Origin: Squatina squatina
Lineage: Eukaryota
Reading direction: 5' to 3'
DNA: 39,538 nucleotides
Assembly: GCA_031763465.1 (NCBI GenBank)
Contig: JARFOE010000192.1
Coordinates: 10,337,750 to 10,377,287 of the forward strand
Part shown: one piece after another, positions 36,061 through 39,538 of the stretch
Position numbering within the stretch: the first letter of the stretch is position 1
Layout: every line of letters starts with the position of its first letter
The notes under the pieces: model-generated
Told to the model about the DNA's origin: nothing
Database searches by the model: none
Seen by the model: the letters and a program-made list of their open reading frames with translations, nothing else
Position numbers and translations under genes: made by a program

Positions 36061-36375
36061 ACTTATCGGTCATTATGTTGTTGGGGAGGCACCAAGAAGA
36101 CACAAGGGTAAAGATTAGAGGGAGAGTTAGCATTAAGCTGATCCCTTAATTCCTCGTGGCTGGCTCAAGAGAAGCATTAGTGGAGAACTGGGATCAGGCT
36201 TCCTGGTCACAGTTGATGCAGAGTGTGTGGAGAAACTAATACCTTTTTGGAGAGGGAGGAGTCAATGGGTGCATGNNNNNNNNNNNNNNNNNNNNNNNNN
36301 NNNNNNNNNNNNNNNNNNNNNNNNNNNNNNNNNNNNNNNNNNNNNNNNNNNNNNNNNNNNNNNNNNNNNNNNNNN

Positions 36376-36666
36376 ATCTTTTATTTCTTTAGTTGTCCCA
36401 TTACCATCTCCTTTTGCTTTGTATAATCATATCTTTTGTCAGTTAATCACTCCTGCATTCCACCCCTTCCCTTTTATCCTTTCCTCCCCATCCCCTGCCC
36501 CTACTTAAAATCTGATCCATCTCTAACTTTTTCTAGTTGTGGCGAAAGGTCGTCGACCTGAAACGTTAATTCTGTTTCTCTCTCCAGAGATGCTGCCTGA
36601 CCTGAGTATTTTCAACATTTTCTGTTTTTATTTCAGATTTCCAGCATCCGCAGTATTTTGCTTTTG
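36376..36666 (+). mobile_element. Penelope-like element 3' region with degenerate hammerhead-like motif
   Basis: Collinear with the reverse complement of 13818-13980. Contains gaaaggtcgtcgacctgaaacgttaa at 36544-36569. Confidence 0.8.
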
Positions 36667-37317
36667 TAATAATTTTAATTTCCAGTTTGCAGAAATCTTT
36701 CTGTGCAATAACTTCATTCTGTCAAAGTACTATTGGTGCATTTTTTTGCACTGTTGTCATTAAGTTTTCAGCTCAACATCTGGCATTAATTCTGCTCCAT
36801 ACTGTAACTTGTTTGCAGAGAATTTCTATTTTTAACTTTTAATCTCTGTTTTCTTGAAAGCATTGTCCATAATCTGCAATCAAACCATTAGCTACTCTGT
36901 GAAGGCGTTAACTAAGATAGTAGAATAACAGATACTTGGGGGTGATCAAGTCAGTAATATAATATGGTTTTTTCCATCATCTGAACCCCGAAGATGAAAT
37001 TGTATCCTCCTTACCATTCCAACATGTCCATTATTTTTATAATATATGCTGTGAAAGTGAGGGAGGCTCTATTCTGTTCTGGTGTTATGTTTCTTTGTCT
37101 TTTGCTGCTGATGGATGATGTCAGCACTGTCTTGCAATCTCTGGGAATTTACAAAACACCATTTAATCACTGAAAAAAATGATGCACTGATGATCTTGGA
37201 TGGTCACAATATTATTTACATATACAAAATTTTCCTTAATATTTCTATACTCTGTGAAATGAACTGCATATTTTTTATAATCTAAATCTCTTTCATTTAA
37301 CATTATCTTTCATTCAG

Positions 37318-37448
37318 GTGAAAATGGCCTTCCGTTACCAATCACTCATTACAGTCCTGAGCAGCTTCCTCCACAAAATTCACCATTTTTGGAAAGGAAC
37401 TTTGTATGCCGGTTAAGATGTCTCCTAGATAATTCCTCTGGATTTCTG
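37318..37448 (+). CDS. AHR: AHR exon 6 equivalent (PAS-A)
   Basis: 131 bp, cattcag acceptor and gtaaag donor. Reads [44 protein letters not shown]. Confidence 0.96.
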
Positions 37449-37924
37449 GTAAAGTTATTTTTGACCTTGTGTTTTTCTTTACTGTGTAGGTTTCATATGA
37501 AATTGTTTAATAATGAAATGTATTTAAACCGAGCCAACTTAGTAATTATGTATTGTGTCTGTTATAATTCCATTGCCCAAATCACTTGCAGTGGAACTTA
37601 ATTTGTGATACAATGTTGATAGGTCTCAGATAACTTCGAGATAGTGAAGTTCCAAACAAGCATGGATCTTGGTAGTTGATCTTGTTGTAGAATTGATGGA
37701 AGTTCACAACACAAAGTATTTTCAAATTTATGATTGCAGTTTCATTGCAGAAGGATTTTTATTCTGAGGCTGAGTTGATAGAGTGATGAGGAAATATGTG
37801 ACGTGAACTTAGTATTCATTTCTAAATGAAGATGTCAGGAAAAGTTATGCGATAATTTATTTAGTGCCTGTAAATGCTTCTGAATCTCTTGAAGGATACA
37901 ATGGCCCATAATTTGCTGTCAAAA

Positions 37925-38430
37925 TAATGGCAATGGTAATAGCATTCGCCATTATTTATGCACAAATGCAACAGTAATTTTAGGCGAGGGGGAGATGTGC
38001 GGCGAACTACAGAAGTCAAAAAGTTGCTGTCCAAGATGTGACACTCCACCATTAGCTTGGTGAAAGCAGCATCTCACTGTCTCGCTCACCATTAAAATGC
38101 ATTGAATGATGTGAAGTTGCTGTATTTGTGTGGTAGGTATGAATTGAACTCGCCACAGAAAGTGAAGTCTTGTACATTTAAGTNNNNNNNNNNNNNNNNN
38201 NNNNNNNNNNNNNNNNNNNNNNNNNNNNNNNNNNNNNNNNNNNNNNNNNNNNNNNNNNNNNNNNNNNNNNNNNNNNNNNNNNNCAGGCAGACCCAACAGT
38301 TGAGAACCTTACACAGGGGCGGGTTCAGAGCGGACTTCCGCCCCACTGTCAATCAGGGCCATTGTGACAGTGGGCCCACCTCCAAACTCCCACTTGCAAG
38401 GCTGGGAAGATTGCAGCTAAGGTAATCATT
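37925..38430. mobile_element. MITE-like fragments on either side of a gap
   Basis: CpG-enriched blocks with inverted motifs (ttcgcc/ggcgaa); family not resolved. Confidence 0.35.
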
Positions 38431-39145
38431 GCAGAATGTCCTAAAACCTCCATTGCTCTGAGTAATGTAATACCAGTGTATGAAAAGTAGTTCCTGCATC
38501 TCAATCACTAAATAACTTGAGTACTATTTGAAGTGTTGGAATGCACCATCTGTACAGTAATTGATAGATATACTATACATGTGCATATGGAGCTCTTTTC
38601 ATGGATGCTTTAAGTTTGGTGTTGTGCTTAAAATGTTGGTTAGATGATTTTTGTTCCAATAAAATGTGATTAGTGTTTTATTGGAACAAAGTGTTCAGAT
38701 CTTTGTGTAGCTCTACTTTCTGATGTGCAGTATTGCAGTATTTCCATTAAGTGTTTGCAGCTGCTGTAGGATTGAAACTATATGAATACTTTGAAATCTA
38801 TAAAAGCCTTCACTAATGATTGAGATTCATTTTGGTGCTGGCAAATTTTGGGCCAATAATTATGAAGGGTTCTCTGATCCCACCACTATAATTTATGGCA
38901 TCACTTAAAGAAATTAATTTTCCAGTTAAAATTGCACATTGAAACCATTTTACTAATTCATAGTTTATGATGCAGTGCCCTTTACACTAACCTTTACATA
39001 GACTGACCTGCTGTTGAATACTAACACATGTTCTGATCCGGCACTTTATCTTCCTAAGCTCCTGATCCACCTTCATCAATTACAGTCAGCTGATCAGTAT
39101 TGTATTAAACTTGTAATAACTGATTTCTAAATGTATTCTTTCAAG

Positions 39146-39348
39146 GCTATGAATTTCCAAGGCAGACTCAAGTTTCTTTATGAGCAGAACATGAAAGGAA
39201 AAGATGGCTCAATTGTCCCTCCACAGTTGGCTTTGTTTGCAATAGCAACACCACTCCAGCCTCCGTCCATCTTGGAGATCCGAACCAAAAATTTAATTTT
39301 CAGAACCAAGCACAAATTAGACTTCACACCAATGGGCTGCGATGCTAA
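39146..39348 (+). CDS. AHR: AHR exon 7 equivalent (end of PAS-A, start of PAS-B)
   Basis: 203 bp, tttcaag acceptor and gtgagt donor. Reads [68 protein letters not shown]. Confidence 0.97.
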
Positions 39349-39538
39349 GTGAGTGATATTATTTGCTTAAATTTTATAAAACTACATTAGTAATTATTTA
39401 AATTTAGAAACTTATTTAGGCAAGTTAAAGAAATGGGATCTTAAATGGCAGATATTATTCAGTATGCGAAGTGCTCATGGGACCAGGCAACTTGAGGCTT
39501 ACCCATTGTAAGTAACAGCAGAAAAAGGAATTAGGTAG

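Noticed and set aside
1-39538. CRISPR array, operon, rRNA or true tRNA genes
   Set aside because: Eukaryotic intron-exon DNA with no regularly spaced repeats. The tRNA-like boxes belong to SINE heads.

Overview
Vertebrate genomic DNA, most likely a cartilaginous fish (inferred from the repeat content), in a fragmented scaffold with about 20 100-N spacer gaps, three 10-N gaps and one 904-N gap. None of the listed ORFs is a complete gene. The real genes are spliced exons in the order known from human chromosome 7p21: BZW2 (+, penultimate exon 549-671), TSPAN13 (+, last coding exon 1304-1378 plus 3'UTR), an anterior-gradient gene most like AGR3 (-, non-coding exon 1 and two coding exons, 6540-7155) and the aryl hydrocarbon receptor AHR (+, CpG island, coding exon 1 and the equivalents of exons 4, 6 and 7). 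The missing exons most plausibly lie in the gaps. The rest is transposon debris: CR1- and L2-type LINEs, Penelope-like GIY-YIG elements with a hammerhead-ribozyme-like motif, a decayed two-ORF PIF/Harbinger element with related MITEs, and tRNA-derived SINEs. I do not see a convincing wholly new biological system. The best leads are the mosaic AGR protein, divergent AHR PAS-A residues, a possible two-first-exon/uORF AHR 5' end, an intronic XRE cluster, a multi-hairpin element at about 21.2-21.4 kb and the hammerhead-like motifs. All family assignments come from remembered sequences, not from searches.
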